NCBI RefSeq assembly: GCF_009914755.1
Contig: NC_060938.1
Length of the DNA stretch: 64,000 nucleotides
Source of the DNA: the human T2T-CHM13v2.0 reference genome, Homo sapiens
Reading direction: 5' to 3' (one strand)
Shown: positions 29,701 through 54,940 of the stretch, in pieces
Numbering within the stretch: the first letter of the stretch is position 1
Layout of the letters: every line of letters begins with the position of its first letter
The notes under the pieces: generated by a model
The model's input: only the letters and a program-made list of their open reading frames with translations
What the model was told of the DNA's origin: nothing
Database searches by the model: none
Program-made: the position numbers and the translations under genes

Positions 29701-32700
29701 GTGCACCGTGAACACAGGGCCCCCAGCCTGAGAACCCCACCCACTCCACCCGCCGGCCCGCTCACCTCCAGCAGTTTAAATACTTCTTCAAAGACACTTT
29801 CCATGTATGGAAGGAAGGCCACACTACAGAGAGAGACACAGCCGTGGGTAAGGGGCCCCCAGGCAGGGTTTTCAGTGCCAGGGAAGGGCGAATGCTCACC
29901 TGGTGTTCACAGAGATCTCCCCCACGGCAGCACAGGTGTCTTCCTTCTCATCGAAGAAGGCATTCTCCACGCTGTACCTAGAGTAAGAAGGGGAGGCAGT
30001 GGTGATCAGGCACCAAGAGGAGCAGATCCAGCACTAGGCCCTTGTCTAAAGCCAAAGTCTAGATTCCTGATCAGAAGAGCACCCCTCCGCACCCTGAGAT
30101 CTCTGAGTCATCCTCTTCTTCCACATCCTCATCCATGAGCTCCTCCTCTTCTTCCCCATCACTCTCATCGTCAAACAGAAGGAAGGAGCTGCTCCCGTCA
30201 TACTGAGGCTGGAGCGGAGGCACGGCAAGGACTTTGGCTCAGCTGGGCCCAGGAGATAAATCCCATTGCAGGGCAGGCCTGGCCCAGCCCACCCACCCTT
30301 TGCTCACCACAATGCCCTCGGTGGAACGCAGTGACAGCAGCATGAGCGTGGTGATCTGTTCCAAGTGGGGCGCCAGGCCCTCACCCATCAGACCCGATAA
30401 GGCTGCAAATAGGCTGTACCTGGTCAAAGCAGGCAGAAGAAGCTGTAAGGTCCTGCCTGCTACCACCAGGCAGGATGGGGGAGCCCGGGAACACCTGGCT
30501 ATGGTCCAAACCAGACGACTGGAGTCTGGGGTGGGGATTCCAGTGGGTCCAGTGGGAAGACAGGAGGGGAGGGGACAAGGGCAGAGGCAGGGTGAGGGGT
30601 CACTCACGTGCAGCGCCGCAAGTCAGGGTCGTCTACCTGGTCGCAGAGGCCCAGACCCAGCTGGCAGCATTCCTCAGCCAGCGGCCTCATGGGCTCCCCC
30701 ACTGCTCGTGCCAGCACCCCCAGTGTCTCTGTGGGGGCAAGGGCTCCATTAGCACCAGGAGGTGGAGGTGGGCTACGGGACCAAAGGTGGTGGCTGGGAG
30801 GGATTCAGAAATCCCGCCCCACCCCTTGGTACAGCATGAAGCACACCCCTTTGATGAGAAGGAAGACATCCGTGCTCCTGTGGGGGCAATCTGTCAACAC
30901 CAGGTGAGCACCAGCCCTTTGCTGGCACTGGGAGCCCCACCTGGGAACCTCTCACTCACCCAGGCTCTGGATCTGCACAGGCTGAAGGTCCTCACGGCCT
31001 GTTAACAGGAATTCCCGCAGGTGCTCCATGATGGCAGGGAAGTAGGGCAGCAGCGAGGCCTGGGCAGCCGTAGCTGCAGGATGGAAGGACAGAATCAGAG
31101 CTGGAGAGGGCAGGGACCACCAGCCACAGGGCCTTTGGGTGAACCCCACATCCCTGCCTCCTGCCTCTCTCCTCACCAATGGCTCCCAGGGCGCTCACAG
31201 CCAGCTCCTTGGCCCGGGGACTGCTGGGGTTCCTCAGAAGCTGCAGCATGCATTCCATAAGCTCCGGAAGGTAGGGCTGCACCTTGGGCCCTGTGGGAAA
31301 GGATGCTCCTCTACCAACCAACCCAGGTCTGCTACCTGCACGCCCACCTCCCTCCAGGCGGAAACCTTTTTTTGGCACCATCACACCCTTTCCCCTACCA
31401 CAGGCAGCAATGCAGGGAGATGCACATCCTGTACATTCAGCCAAAGCCGCCGCCTCATCCCCCTTCCCCAAGCTCCCCACTGCCATCACTACCTAGGTTC
31501 TCCACAAAATTCTCCAGGGCATAGCAGGCCTTGGCTAGGTGGTGTGTGTGTCCAAGAGGCACCGACTTCAAGTAGGCGAGGAGCAGTGGCATTACCTCCC
31601 TTGAATAGCTGCTGATATGGGGCTGGGGGAGGGAGCAAGCAGGGCCTGAGTCAGGTTCACCTGCCGGGCACACACAAGAGTGCTGATGGCAGCAGGGATG
31701 CTTGAAGAGATGAAAGATGAGGGGAAGGGGACATTCAAGTGGTGGCTCCCACATTCAGCCTGGTTCACCTGTAGGTTTTCTGAGAACTGGCCCAGGGCAA
31801 ACAGCGCAGCATTGCGTACAACTTGCGAGGGGTCCTCCAGGCCCTTGCACACAATCTGCAGCAGTGGGGGCAGCAGTCTGGATGGGGCAAACAAGAGGAC
31901 ATAGGCTGAGAAGCTACACCTGAGAGCCCTAGGCTGACCTGTTCTCTTCATTTTCCCTGGAAAAACCAAGGCTTTTCCTGTCACCAGAGGGTGGGCAGCA
32001 GCCCCTGGTCCCTATAGCTGGTAAGCCATGTCATTTATCTTCCAAGCCAGGACACTTTTGATAATGGGGGGAAACGCTGTTGATAAATAAGCTTGAACAA
32101 CAAGCGTAAACCAGGACAGCCATGGTCCTCCCTGTGGGCAACCCTCACCCTGGGACAGGGGAATACATACCTCTGCCTGATGTGGTCGCCAGCTCCGTCA
32201 GACAGCACGGCCAGCACCAGGAGTCCAGCTTTGCGCTGGTATGGGCTCTCGCTCCGCAAAGCCTCTTCCAACATGGGCATCTAGGGAAGCATGTGGCACG
32301 CTTCTGAAACCCCAGCAAGAGCCTGCCCATTCCTGTGGTAATAGGCCTTCACACCTCCCAGGGTCTAAACGTCGTTGGCCTCAGGGGGACTAGGCACACT
32401 TGGAGGTAGGGACACCAGAAGGACAGAGCCACACTTACCAGCTGGGGACAGAGCTTCTCGGGGGGCAGGTGTAGTGCCAGCATGTCCACAACCTGAGATG
32501 GGATGGGGAGACTTACTTTGCTTGACTCCATCTCTGCCTCCCCAACGTCCCACAGCCACCTAACACCTTCCCCCTCTGTCCTGCCCCACATCTCACTTGT
32601 ACAGCGAAATGCTTGGGAGTCTCCCCCATCAGCTCAATCTCCAACTCTTCCTCTTCTGAATCCTGGTCCTCGGGATCCAACTGGCCTGGTGGGGGCTCAG

Positions 32701-35097
32701 CAGCCACAATGGGGAAAAGGGTGTGCAGCAAGGGTGGCAGGAGACGATTCTTCAGTAAGGCCTTGACAGAGAAGGTGGAACAGTGTCCCTAAGAATCTGC
32801 TCCCAGGATGGGCTCACATTAAAAATTCCAGTCTTCCAGGCCATAAGGGGTCTGACAGAAAATTCCCAACCTCCCAGGCAGGAGCTGGGGTGAGGCCAGG
32901 CCAAGGCTTGAACCCCCACAGTACTTTAGATACCCTGAGATGGACCGAAAGCCCCAGGAGTGAGACTAAGGGTGGAGATGGGGGTGGGGTGATGTGTGTC
33001 AATGGGCACTCACTTACCTTGCTCTTGACTTTGACCAAGAAAGTGAGGCAGCAGAGAATACGTATGCGTATCGCATTGCCCAGGGCCACATTTCTAGCTA
33101 CCTGTCCACAGAATAATAAAAATCAGCGACAGGGAAGGAGAGTCCCAGCAGAGCATGTAGCAGGGGCCATGTCCACTCCAGGCTCACCTCCAGGCAGAAT
33201 GTGAGGACTTCAGAGAGGTAGGGGGTGATGACCGGCACCTCTGACTCCAACAGTTCATCCAAAGCCTCAAGGGCCTCACAGGCCTTTGCCTGACAGACAA
33301 ACAAGGCACAAGGTTACCATGCTCTTCTTCAGTGGGCCAAACTGGACACTTCTGCACTCTCCTTCCAACAGAGCTCCTGCCCACCTGTCCTCACCTCATC
33401 TATGGGGATCAGAGTCTGCATGGCCATGATCAGCTTGGGCACCAACATCCGAGCGAGAGGCTGAGGGACACATCACAGAGAGCATGATGCAGCCCAATCT
33501 CACACCCCAGCAGCTGGCAGCTTCCTCACAGCCTGAATTGCGAGGAGGAGCCCAGGCATAACAGCCAGGCCCACCTACAGCATCCCCTCTCAATTGTCAG
33601 GAAGGGCCACAGGCAGGTAAAGAATCCAAAGCAGCTTTGTAACTTTTACGGGTGAGGACATGAAGGCATGAGGAAAGGGAGTCAAAGATAACGAGGGCCC
33701 ACATCTCACCACATCTTCAGTGCTGAGGTAGGGAGCCATGGTGGTCAGAGTGCGCAGGGAGTAGAAGAGCAGCCCAGGAGAGCCCACCTCACCAAGAGTC
33801 TCATTCAGAAGCCGAAGAAGCTCCCGGTGGTGGGGTTGGAAGGCCTCGGGCCGGGAGGTCACCACCACACTTAGCAGCAAAAGCCCCATCTGTCCAAGAA
33901 TAGAGGATGGGAGAGCAAGCTTACAAGGTCTATCCAGCCTCTCAGGCCCTCCCTCCTGCCAACCATGTGATGGTACCTCTCTCTCTGGGCTGTGGGGGCT
34001 GTGGGTACTGTGCTGAAGCAGCTGCAAAAGCTGTGGCCAGGCCTCCAAGCCTTCCTTTCGAAAAATGGTGGCTGAGAGCTGGGCCAGGCTGAGGCTCACA
34101 CAGTGCCTGCAAACAGGAGAGATCTCCTCCAATCACCCTTCAATACCTTCCTCTGCACACAGTGGCCAGGCTCAATGGGGCAGCCAGGACAGAAACTTTC
34201 AGGAGGTGTGGGCACAGGGTCTTTGCCAAGTTGGGACACATGAGACAGCAGCTCAGAGGGAGCCCAACAGCACTGTGGGCATGTAATCTGGTAAGTTCAG
34301 TCTAACTTAGCCTGAATTTCAGTCTTATTCTTCTGACTTGGGTTTGGCAGATCATCATCACCCTTCCTCAAGAACTTTAGTCTTCAAAACAGCCTTAAAA
34401 TCCTCACTCCACCTTGCGTCTAGAACTGAAGTCCCTGCCCCACAAGTCCCAGCCTGGAGCCGAAAAGGAAGGCAGAAACCTAGACAAAGTCGTCAAGATC
34501 CCGAGAGAAGTGGGTAGGTACTTACTCTGTTTCTCTCTGCAGGGCCGTCAGGATCAGGGACTTGAGGCTGGAACACAGGTGGCAGGTGTTTGGTACCCAG
34601 CCTGCCCAAGAAAAGTCTCCGCCTGGCCCCGCCCCACCCCAGGCCCAGCCCACCTCTCCCGTTGCTCCGCCGCCAGCCGTCGCCAGCGGGTGTTCAGTCG
34701 TCTGCGGGTCAGCACGGCCGCAAACTGGCGGATCTAGGACGAGGAAGCAAGCACGTGGGGGTCCGGGCAGGAAGGTGCTGAGCGGACCGCAGTGGGCGAA
34801 TACTGGGGCTTGACCGGTGGCGTACAGTGGGAAGCTCGGAGGGGAGAGTCAGGGGTCTCACCTGGGGGTCGGCCGCCGAGGCTAGCAGGTCGCAGAGAGC
34901 CGGCAAAGCGGCGGGGGCCCGAAGAACGATCTGGAGCTGTTCCGTGGCCTGGGGGGAAGCTAGGGGTGAGAGTTGGGCCTTTCCCGCAACCTCCCGCTCG
35001 CCCTGGCCCGGTTACGCCTGCTCCGTACCCGACGGATGCGCTCGGTGTCCGGTAGCAGCAGCTCCCGTAGGAGCTGCTCTAGCCCGGCTGACTCCAT
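26752..35097 (-). CDS. IPO4: Importin-4 (HEAT-repeat karyopherin), 1081 aa, 30 coding exons
   Basis: Exons 35029-35097, 34862-34948, 34654-34733, 34526-34567, 33977-34106, 33710-33889, 33395-33460, 33188-33289, 33018-33101, 32597-32761, 32439-32492, 32171-32280, 31769-31877, 31493-31622, 31177-31290, 30960-31073, 30608-30728, 30308-30419, 30093-30208, 29900-29977, 29766-29823, 29560-29665, 29286-29479, 29102-29152, 28588-28713, 28265-28473, 28021-28153, 27823-27927, 26999-27068 and 26752-26882 total 3246 nt. Begins MESAGLEQLLRELLLPDTERIRR and ends ELQAVLGLS*. Confidence 0.97.
28154..28264 (-). other. IPO4: U12-type (minor spliceosome) GT-AG intron in IPO4
   Basis: Donor GTATCCTT (28257-28264, - strand). 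Branch point TTCCTTGAC (28164-28172) ends 10 nt before the intron end. No polypyrimidine tract. Confidence 0.92.
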
Positions 35098-35400
35098 GGC
35101 AGCAACTGAGCCGCCGCTACTGGGCCGAAAAGGGGAGGGGGAGGGACAGCACGTGGAGGTTCTGACACCCACTTCCGGAGGAAAGGGCGTTGCTGCACGC
35201 CCCGCGGGTTGCCAAGGTGATTCAATTCGCTTCCCACAAAGAGGTCCGGCTCCTCCACTTCCGTTAGGCTGAGCACCGGCTGAATCGCGGAAACCCGACT
35301 CTGGCAATGTAGGTTCCCCACGCCGGGAGTTCCCAAGCTGGGTTGGAGAACTCGAGCTTCGGGCATTCAGTGGCCAGCTCGGCTTTATAAAGGACCGTGC
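34620..35400 (-). promoter_or_regulatory. IPO4: IPO4 CpG-island promoter
   Basis: CpG-rich. E-box CACGTG 35150-35155 and ETS-type CCGGAAGT/CGGAAGT motifs (- strand) near 35170 and 35256. Confidence 0.7.
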
Positions 35401-35473
35401 CCTTAACAGCAGGGCTCGAGTTCCTATATCCAGACCAAAACCTCCAACTGCATGAGCCTTTTTCTTAATAAAT

Positions 35474-35479
35474 TTTATT
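35474..35479 (-). terminator. TM9SF1: TM9SF1 poly(A) signal
   Basis: TTTATT about 250 nt past the stop codon and about 380 nt upstream of the IPO4 ATG. Confidence 0.8.
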
Positions 35480-35724
35480 TTGGTAATTGTAAAAAGAAAA
35501 ATCAGGACCAAAACTAAAGGCAACTTAAAAAGTTCAAATATATAATCCTTATGTGATAGAGATTTATAATTTCCAGGCCCTCTCTGGGGAAGGAATGCCC
35601 AAAGGGCAAAAGGGAAGGCAACAATGCCATCACACAATTCAGTCAATCAGAAGAGAAGCTGGTAGGAGAGTTCAACAGGGCATGAAGAAAGGGAGAGAAC
35701 AGCAATAGTTCTGCCATACAGAAC

Positions 35725-41329
<5,605 letters not shown>

Positions 41330-41449
41330 CCTTAAGGCAGTGGAACCTGTTTGGGGGAATCCTGAGGTTATAGAAACCAGGGAGGTTACAGAAACCCCAG
41401 GTCAGGTGCCTCGAACTGAGGTCCCCTGGCTCCACTTGCTCCCATTGGC

Positions 41450-42620
41450 CCCCTCCCCGCCTCACCCTACCCCACGTCTCTCTATCCCAAAGACCCCGCT
41501 CCACCTCTGCTCTCTCATCCTCCCAACCTGGGGTTCACCCCACCCGCAGCCCGTCTGGCCCGGGGCCTCTACTACGCGCCCTGGCCCGTTTCCATGGCAA
41601 CGCCGCTCGGTCTCGCACCTCGGGTCCCTTCCCGCCACAGCCCCGGGGTCCTCACCGCGCGGGAAGGGCTGGCCGAGGCGGCGCCAGCGGCCTTCGCGCC
41701 CCCGTAGCTGCCCTTGGGCTCCTGCTGGGGTCTCTCCCACAGCGGCGCGGTAGCGGCGGGTTGGAGAGGACCTGCCGACCGACTTCTACGGGGTTGCCCG
41801 TTGCTGCGCCTGACAGCGGCGGCTGCGGCTACACCGCGCTGGACACCGCTCTGGCTTACTCAAGAACTCCCCGTTGCGCCTTCTCCATCTGGAGGCCCGG
41901 CCCAGCTCCGGGGACCCCGTGAGGCTCGGCTTGCCCCGCCCGTCTTCGGCGAGGCGGGGGTCCTCCCGGCGATCGGCAGCGCGGCCCAGGACACGTCAGT
42001 CTTACCACTTCCGCCCTCACCGGCGGCGACCTCAGCCTGGCGGAAAGCTCCTTGCCTGGAACGCAGAGGGCCTTCGCTGCTGCGGCCCCTGGGGACTCCT
42101 TCGCGACGGCGTCCCGGGGAGGGGGCTGAGGCCTGGCAGCGAGGACCCTGACACCCCTTCGGGAGAGGAGTGGCTGCTAGGCGGCTCGCTTGCTCCTGGA
42201 AAGATTTGGGGTTTGAGAGCTCTTGGCCAGGAGGCTCGCGCTGGCCGAGGCCCGAGAGCTGTCCCCGCGGGACGGGACTAGCGAGGGCCGGGGAGATGGA
42301 GCGCAGGCGGCGTCTGGGTTCGAAGCACTTTCCGGCTGAACCACCTGCTGCTGAGGCTGAGCCCTGAGAGGCGGTTCGTGGCCCCCAAACCGGGGAAGGG
42401 GCGAAGCTTTGGGCATCTGTCCCATGCAAGGGTCCCAACATCTGAATCTCACCTCACTCGTCTCCCACCTGTCACGAATGGCCAGCGCCAAAGTGATAAA
42501 TATGTAATAGGAATGTCTTCCCGAGGCTGTGCTGGAGACTTCCCTGGCCGCACAGTGACCGTTCAGAGCCCACGATAAGCAAGCCGAAACCCGGTTTGGC
42601 GCAGAGGCGCGCAAGGAGAG
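41450..42620 (-). promoter_or_regulatory. TM9SF1: TM9SF1 CpG-island promoter and non-coding first exon(s)
   Basis: CpG-rich. X-box GTTTCCATGGCAAC 41588-41601, TGACGTG (-) 41992-41998 and an ETS/GC-box near 42007. Confidence 0.7.
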
Positions 42621-43115
42621 AGGTCTGTCCTTTGACTCTGTGAGTTGGGCAGCCTAACATGGTTATTGTTAATTGACGGTAAAGTATCTCGAGGTCCGTT
42701 AGTCTATGTTTTTGTTCTTATTTATCACTGTGTATGTCTTTGGGCTTCTCTTCACTTTGTATGGCAGATTATTTTGAAAAAGTTTACCCTTGTGTTTGTC
42801 TCAGCTGTTTTAAAGGGGATCTGCCGTCTAGGGAGTTCCCCTTGAAAATCGGACCTTTGAGCAGTGACTTCTGTTTTGCCACCTGGGAGCAACGTGTAAG
42901 GAAGTGGACTTAAGCTTCTCTCTCCCCAGGGGAAGAAGCACAGTGGAAAAATCACAAGTGACTTCTGGCCTGAAAAGCCCTTAATTTACCTGCTTCTACA
43001 ATTACTGCCCTTTCTGACCCAGTTCTTTCCCTGCAGATATAGGTGAGGTTCAAAGAAGCAGATGGTGGAGTTTTGTTAGACAATCAGTGAATTTTCTAAT
43101 TAGAAAAAGAACTGA

Positions 43116-47757
<4,642 letters not shown>

Positions 47758-47905
47758 TACAAAATCTTAAATCTAAATAACTCCTCTGTGACCACAACCT
47801 CCTGTTCTTCTCATTCTCTCAATTCCTACCAAACTTGTTTTTCCATTCCAGTGACACCTGCAACTCCTCCTTCTGCCCCTTTGGCCAGTTTCTAGCTTGT
47901 CTTCT

Positions 47906-48294
47906 GTGTCAGCTGCCTTGCTATAAAGAAATACCTGAGACTGGGTAATTTATAAGAAAAGAGCTTTAATTGGCTGTGGTTCTGCAGGCTGTACAGGAAG
48001 CATAATGCTGGCATCTGCTTCTGGGGAGGCCTCAGGAAGCTTACAATCATGGCAGAAGGTGAAGGGGGAGCAAGTATCTCACATGGTGGGAGCAGGAGCA
48101 AGAGGGCAAAGGGGGAGGTGCTACACACTTTTTAAAATGACCACATCTCATAACTCACGGCAAGAGGGTGGTGCTACACATTCATCAGAAACCCACCTCC
48201 ATGATCCAGTCACCTCCCACCAGGCCCCTCCTCCAACATTGCAGATTACAACTGACCATGAGATTTGGGTGGGGACACAGATCCAAACCATATA
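47906..48294 (-). mobile_element. MST (MaLR) LTR
   Basis: GCTATAAAGAAATACCTGAGACTGGGTAATTTATAAG...CATGAGATTTGGGTGGGGACACAGATCCAAACCATA is the reverse complement of an MST LTR. Confidence 0.8.
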
Positions 48295-48300
48295 ATCTTC

Positions 48301-49367
48301 TGTTGCGGGAAGTCAGGGACCCCAAACGGAGGGACTGGCTGAAGCCATGACAGAAGAACGTGGATTGTGAAGATTTCATGGACATTTATTAGTTCCCCAA
48401 ATTAATACTTTTATAATTTCTTATGCCTGTCTTTACTGCAATCTCTAAACATAAATTGTGAAGATTTCATGGACACTTATCACTTCCCCAGTCAATACCC
48501 TTGTGATTTCCTATGCCTGTCTTTACTTTAATCTCTTAATCCTGTCATCTCGTAAACCGAGGAGGATGTATGTCGCCTCAGGACCCTGTGATAATTGCGT
48601 TAACTGCACAAATTGTACAGCATGTGTGTTTAAACAATATGAAATCTGGGCACCTTGAAAAAGAACAGGATAACAGCAATGTTTAGGAAACAAGAGAGAT
48701 AACCTTAAACTCTGACCTCCGGTGAGCCAGGCGGAACAGAGCCATATTTCTCTTCTTTCAAAAGCAAATGGGAGAAATATCGCTGAATTCTTTTTCTCAG
48801 CAAGGAACATCCCTGGGAAAGAGAATACGTGCCTGAGGGTGGGTCTCTGAAATGGCCCCTTTGGGTGTGGCTGTCTTCTATGGTTGAAACTGTAGGGATG
48901 AAATAAACCCCAGTCTCCCATAGCACTCCCAGGCTTATTAGGAAGAGGAAATTCCCACCTAATAAATTGTGGTCAGACAGGTTGCTCTCAAAACCCTGTC
49001 TCCTGATAAGATGTTATCAATGACAATGGTGCCCGAAACTTCATTAGCAATTTTAATTTTGCCCCGGTCCTGTGATCTCGCCCTGCCTCCCTTTGCCTTT
49101 GATATTCTATTACCTTGTGAAGTACGTGATCTTTGTGACCCACACCCTATTCGTACACTCCCTCCCCTTTTGAAAGTCCCTAATAAAAACTTGCTGGTTT
49201 TGCGGCTTGTGGGGCATTACAGAATCTACCGACATGTGATGTCTCCCCCGGATGCCCAGCTTTAAAATTTCTCTCTTTTGTACTCTGTCCTTTTATTTCT
49301 CAAACCGGCCGACGCTTAGGGAAAATAGAAAAGAACCTACGTGACTATTGGGGCAGGTTCCCCGATA
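48301..49367 (+). mobile_element. MER11-family (HERV-K11/HML-8) solo LTR
   Basis: Starts TGTTGCGGGAAGTCAGGGACCCC and ends GGGGCAGGTTCCCCGATA. About 1.07 kb, with 6-bp TSD ATCTTC (48295-48300 and 49368-49373) and internal AATAAA. Confidence 0.9.
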
Positions 49368-49649
49368 ATCTTCCTTATCCATGCAGCTTAGATTCCGCAT
49401 TCCATCATTTCAGCCACATTCTTGCGTATGTTCTTGATGCCCCTCTCCCATTGTTTCATTGCAGCTGCCAAGCAAAACCCTAAATCATCCATCAACATTC
49501 AAGTACCTATAACCAAGATGCTAAAAGAATCACAACACTATATGTGTCTATGGACAAGTTGTTCTCCAACCTCAGTTGGGCCCTCAATGCTGCTCATTTT
49601 CTAAACCAGCTCTTTTCTATTCTCCACACTTCATCTGTCTTCTCATCAT

Positions 49650-51560
<1,911 letters not shown>

Positions 51561-51576
51561 AAGGGCTGATCTTTAG

Positions 51577-51943
<367 letters not shown>

Positions 51944-52269
51944 GCACTTCATTCTCAAGTTTTGTGGCCAACGATGGATAGGAGGTGGATTGTGATGTAT
52001 TCGGAACATGGGACCTTGAGGAGTTCCGTAACCAAAAGGAGAAAGTAACAACAGCCAGTGGAGACAAAAAGAACTGCTTCTCTTTCTTTCCCCCTCCAAG
52101 TTCCTAGTGGAGGGCTGAGTCCAGCATCCCAGACTCGTGTGACTATATAGGCAAGCATTTGGGGACCTACTTCACTTTGATACCCTAGCCTTCAGCAGCT
52201 CAAGGTGTTGGCCTTTGGATAGGAGGCTTCCAAGTAGTAAAGCTCCCTGCTCTCAGCAAGCCCAACACC

Positions 52270-54492
52270 ATGGGGAAGGGAGATGTCTTAGAGGCAGCAC
52301 CAACCACCACAGCCTACCATTCCCTCATGGATGAATATGGTTATGAGGTGGGCAAGGCCATTGGCCATGGCTCCTATGGGTCGGTATATGAGGCTTTCTA
52401 CACAAAGCAGAAGGTTATGGTGGCAGTCAAGATCATCTCAAAGAAGAAGGCCTCTGATGACTATCTTAACAAGTTCCTGCCCCGTGAAATACAGGTTGGA
52501 AAGGGGGCTGGAAGAGGGAACTGGAGCTTGGTACTAAGCTGCTTGAGGTTTCTCAGAAGGGGTATGGCCAGGAGGGGTGGGGCCAGAAACCCCTAAACCA
52601 GAACTGAAATGTCTCACTAAGCAGCTAGGAAACTTTATGTAAGTTAAACCTCTTTCCCATCCACCCACTCACCTTCAGTCCCCAAAAAGTAAAGGCACAA
52701 AACATAGCGTTTGCCCACAGGCCACCAGTTCTCTGGGGTTGAGGGGATGATCCTATTGCAAAGTCCTAAGTCAGTAGCTGAGGGTAGGAGACGGCTGGGA
52801 GTGCAGTCAGGGTTCTCCCTTCCCAGGTTTGATGGGTCCTTCTTCTGGGGTCAGGTAATGAAAGTCTTGCGGCACAAGTACCTCATCAACTTCTATCGGG
52901 CCATTGAGAGCACATCTCGAGTATACATCATTCTGGAACTGGCTCAGGGTGGTGATGTCCTTGAATGGATCCAGCGCTACGGGGCCTGCTCTGAGCCCCT
53001 TGCTGGCAAGTGGTTCTCCCAGCTGACCCTGGGCATTGCCTACCTGCACAGCAAGAGCATCGTGCACCGGTGAGGGCGCTGCCACCCAGACTGGGGCCTT
53101 TGCCCTCAAGGGGGTTTTATGCACATCTCCCATTTCCTGTCCTTTTTTCCTCTTTCGAACTCCCTCCTCAATATCTAGCCTATTCATGCACTCTATTTTA
53201 ATCATATGGTCAAGGATACTGATAAAGTACTCACTGTATGCAAAGCATTTTATGAAATACAATGGTGAGCTCCCGGTGGTCCTCAGATACCATCCTCTGT
53301 CTCTCTCCCTACTTTGGGCTCTGCTCACAACTCCATGGCTTTCCTTCCTCTCTACCTTGTGCCCTCATAATGGTTTCTACCTCCCACTTCCTCTGTCCTC
53401 ATCTTTACCCTCTGACCCCTGGCCCTTCAGCTCCCAGTCTAAAACTAAGCCCTCTCCCCAGCCTGATGCCCAGCCTTTCTGCTGCTGGTAGGGACTTAAA
53501 GTTGGAGAACCTGTTGCTGGACAAGTGGGAGAATGTGAAGATATCAGACTTTGGCTTTGCCAAGATGGTGCCTTCTAACCAGCCTGTGGGTTGTAGCCCT
53601 TCTTACCGCCAAGTGAACTGCTTTTCCCACCTCAGCCAGACTTACTGTGGCAGCTTTGCTTACGCTTGCCCAGAGATCTTACGAGGCTTGCCCTACAACC
53701 CTTTCCTGTCTGACACCTGGAGCATGGGCGTCATCCTTTACACTCTAGTGGTCGCCCATCTGCCCTTTGATGACACCAATCTCAAAAAGCTGCTAAGAGA
53801 GACTCAGAAGGAGGTCACTTTCCCAGCTAACCATACCATCTCCCAGGAGTGCAAGGTACTGGCTACCTAAGGAGGGCTGAGCCTTCAGGGATGACCCACA
53901 GGGAGGGGTGAATATCCAACCTAGGTCACCCAACCTAGGCCTCCCAACCCTGGGGAAAGGCTCTTCCCACACCAGAGCCATCTCACACACTAGCTCCTGT
54001 CCTATAATAAACAGTATGGAAGGCATAAAGGGCCAACCACTAGGCTCCAAACCTTGCCTGATACACAGGTTCCAGCTTCTTTCTCTTTAGGCCAGAAGGG
54101 AAATATGGAAAGCATTCCTCCCAAGGAACTCTTCCCTTCCCCTCCAGGGAGTTAACTGCCTGGGTCTCCAAGATAAAATCAGAGCCACACCCACTTTGAC
54201 CAGAGTGGTATGATGGGCTATCCTGCTTCTTTCTTAGGTCCAACTGCTCATTGCCTGTGTGGCACAATGGAGAAAAACTCAGGCAAGACCTCTCTCTCCC
54301 CTGCTCTAGAACCTGATCCTCCAGATGCTACGCCAAGCCACTAAGCGTGCCACCATTCTGGACATCATCAAGGATTCCTGGGTGCTCAAGTTCCAGCCTG
54401 AGCAACCCACCCATGAGATCAGGCTGCTTGAGGCCATGTGCCAGCTCCACAACACCACTAAACAGCACCAATCCTTGCAAATTACGACCTGA
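52270..54492 (+). CDS. TSSK4: Testis-specific serine/threonine kinase 4 (328 aa; 338 aa with the upstream acceptor)
   Basis: Exons 52270-52494, 52855-53069, 53492 (or 53462)-53855 and 54310-54492. Kinase motifs GHGSYG, VAVK, HRDLKLEN, DFG and YACPE. AATAAA at 54564-54569. Confidence 0.96.
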
Positions 54493-54940
54493 AAATGGCT
54501 GAGGGAGGGGGCTAAGAGAGGAGCAAAGCAGGAGGTCTTGGGCTAAAAATCTTTTTTACCAAAAATAAATCTAAGTCTGATTTAGTTTCATCAACTAGGG
54601 TCAAAGACATTCTTTTCTCAAGGCAATCTTATAGCAGGGAACACTGCTGGAGTAAGAGATAGATTTCTGCCCAGAGCCTGTAACCAATAATCTTGACACT
54701 GTGTTAAATCAATAGTGTAATTCATGATGTGGCTCTTAGGGGATGGGGTGCTCAGATTAACGCTCTATTTTGGGAAGCTTTATTATTCAACTCAACATAT
54801 GCTCATTATTTTACATCTTTGTGCTGTTTAAATGCTCAAGTAGTGGGGTAAAAGCCCTGGTTCTTCCACTTTGATTATGGCTCTGCCTGTCTATAGTCCA
54901 AAGTAATGGCACTGTTAGTTCTTTTAGAAATGGGTATTCG

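Noticed and set aside
27866-31615. Long plus-strand ORFs antisense to IPO4
   Set aside because: Expected shadow ORFs in GC-rich coding DNA, with no family similarity.
48523-49265. ORFs inside the MER11 element as possible retroviral genes
   Set aside because: It is a solo LTR with flanking TSDs and no gag, pol or env sequence.
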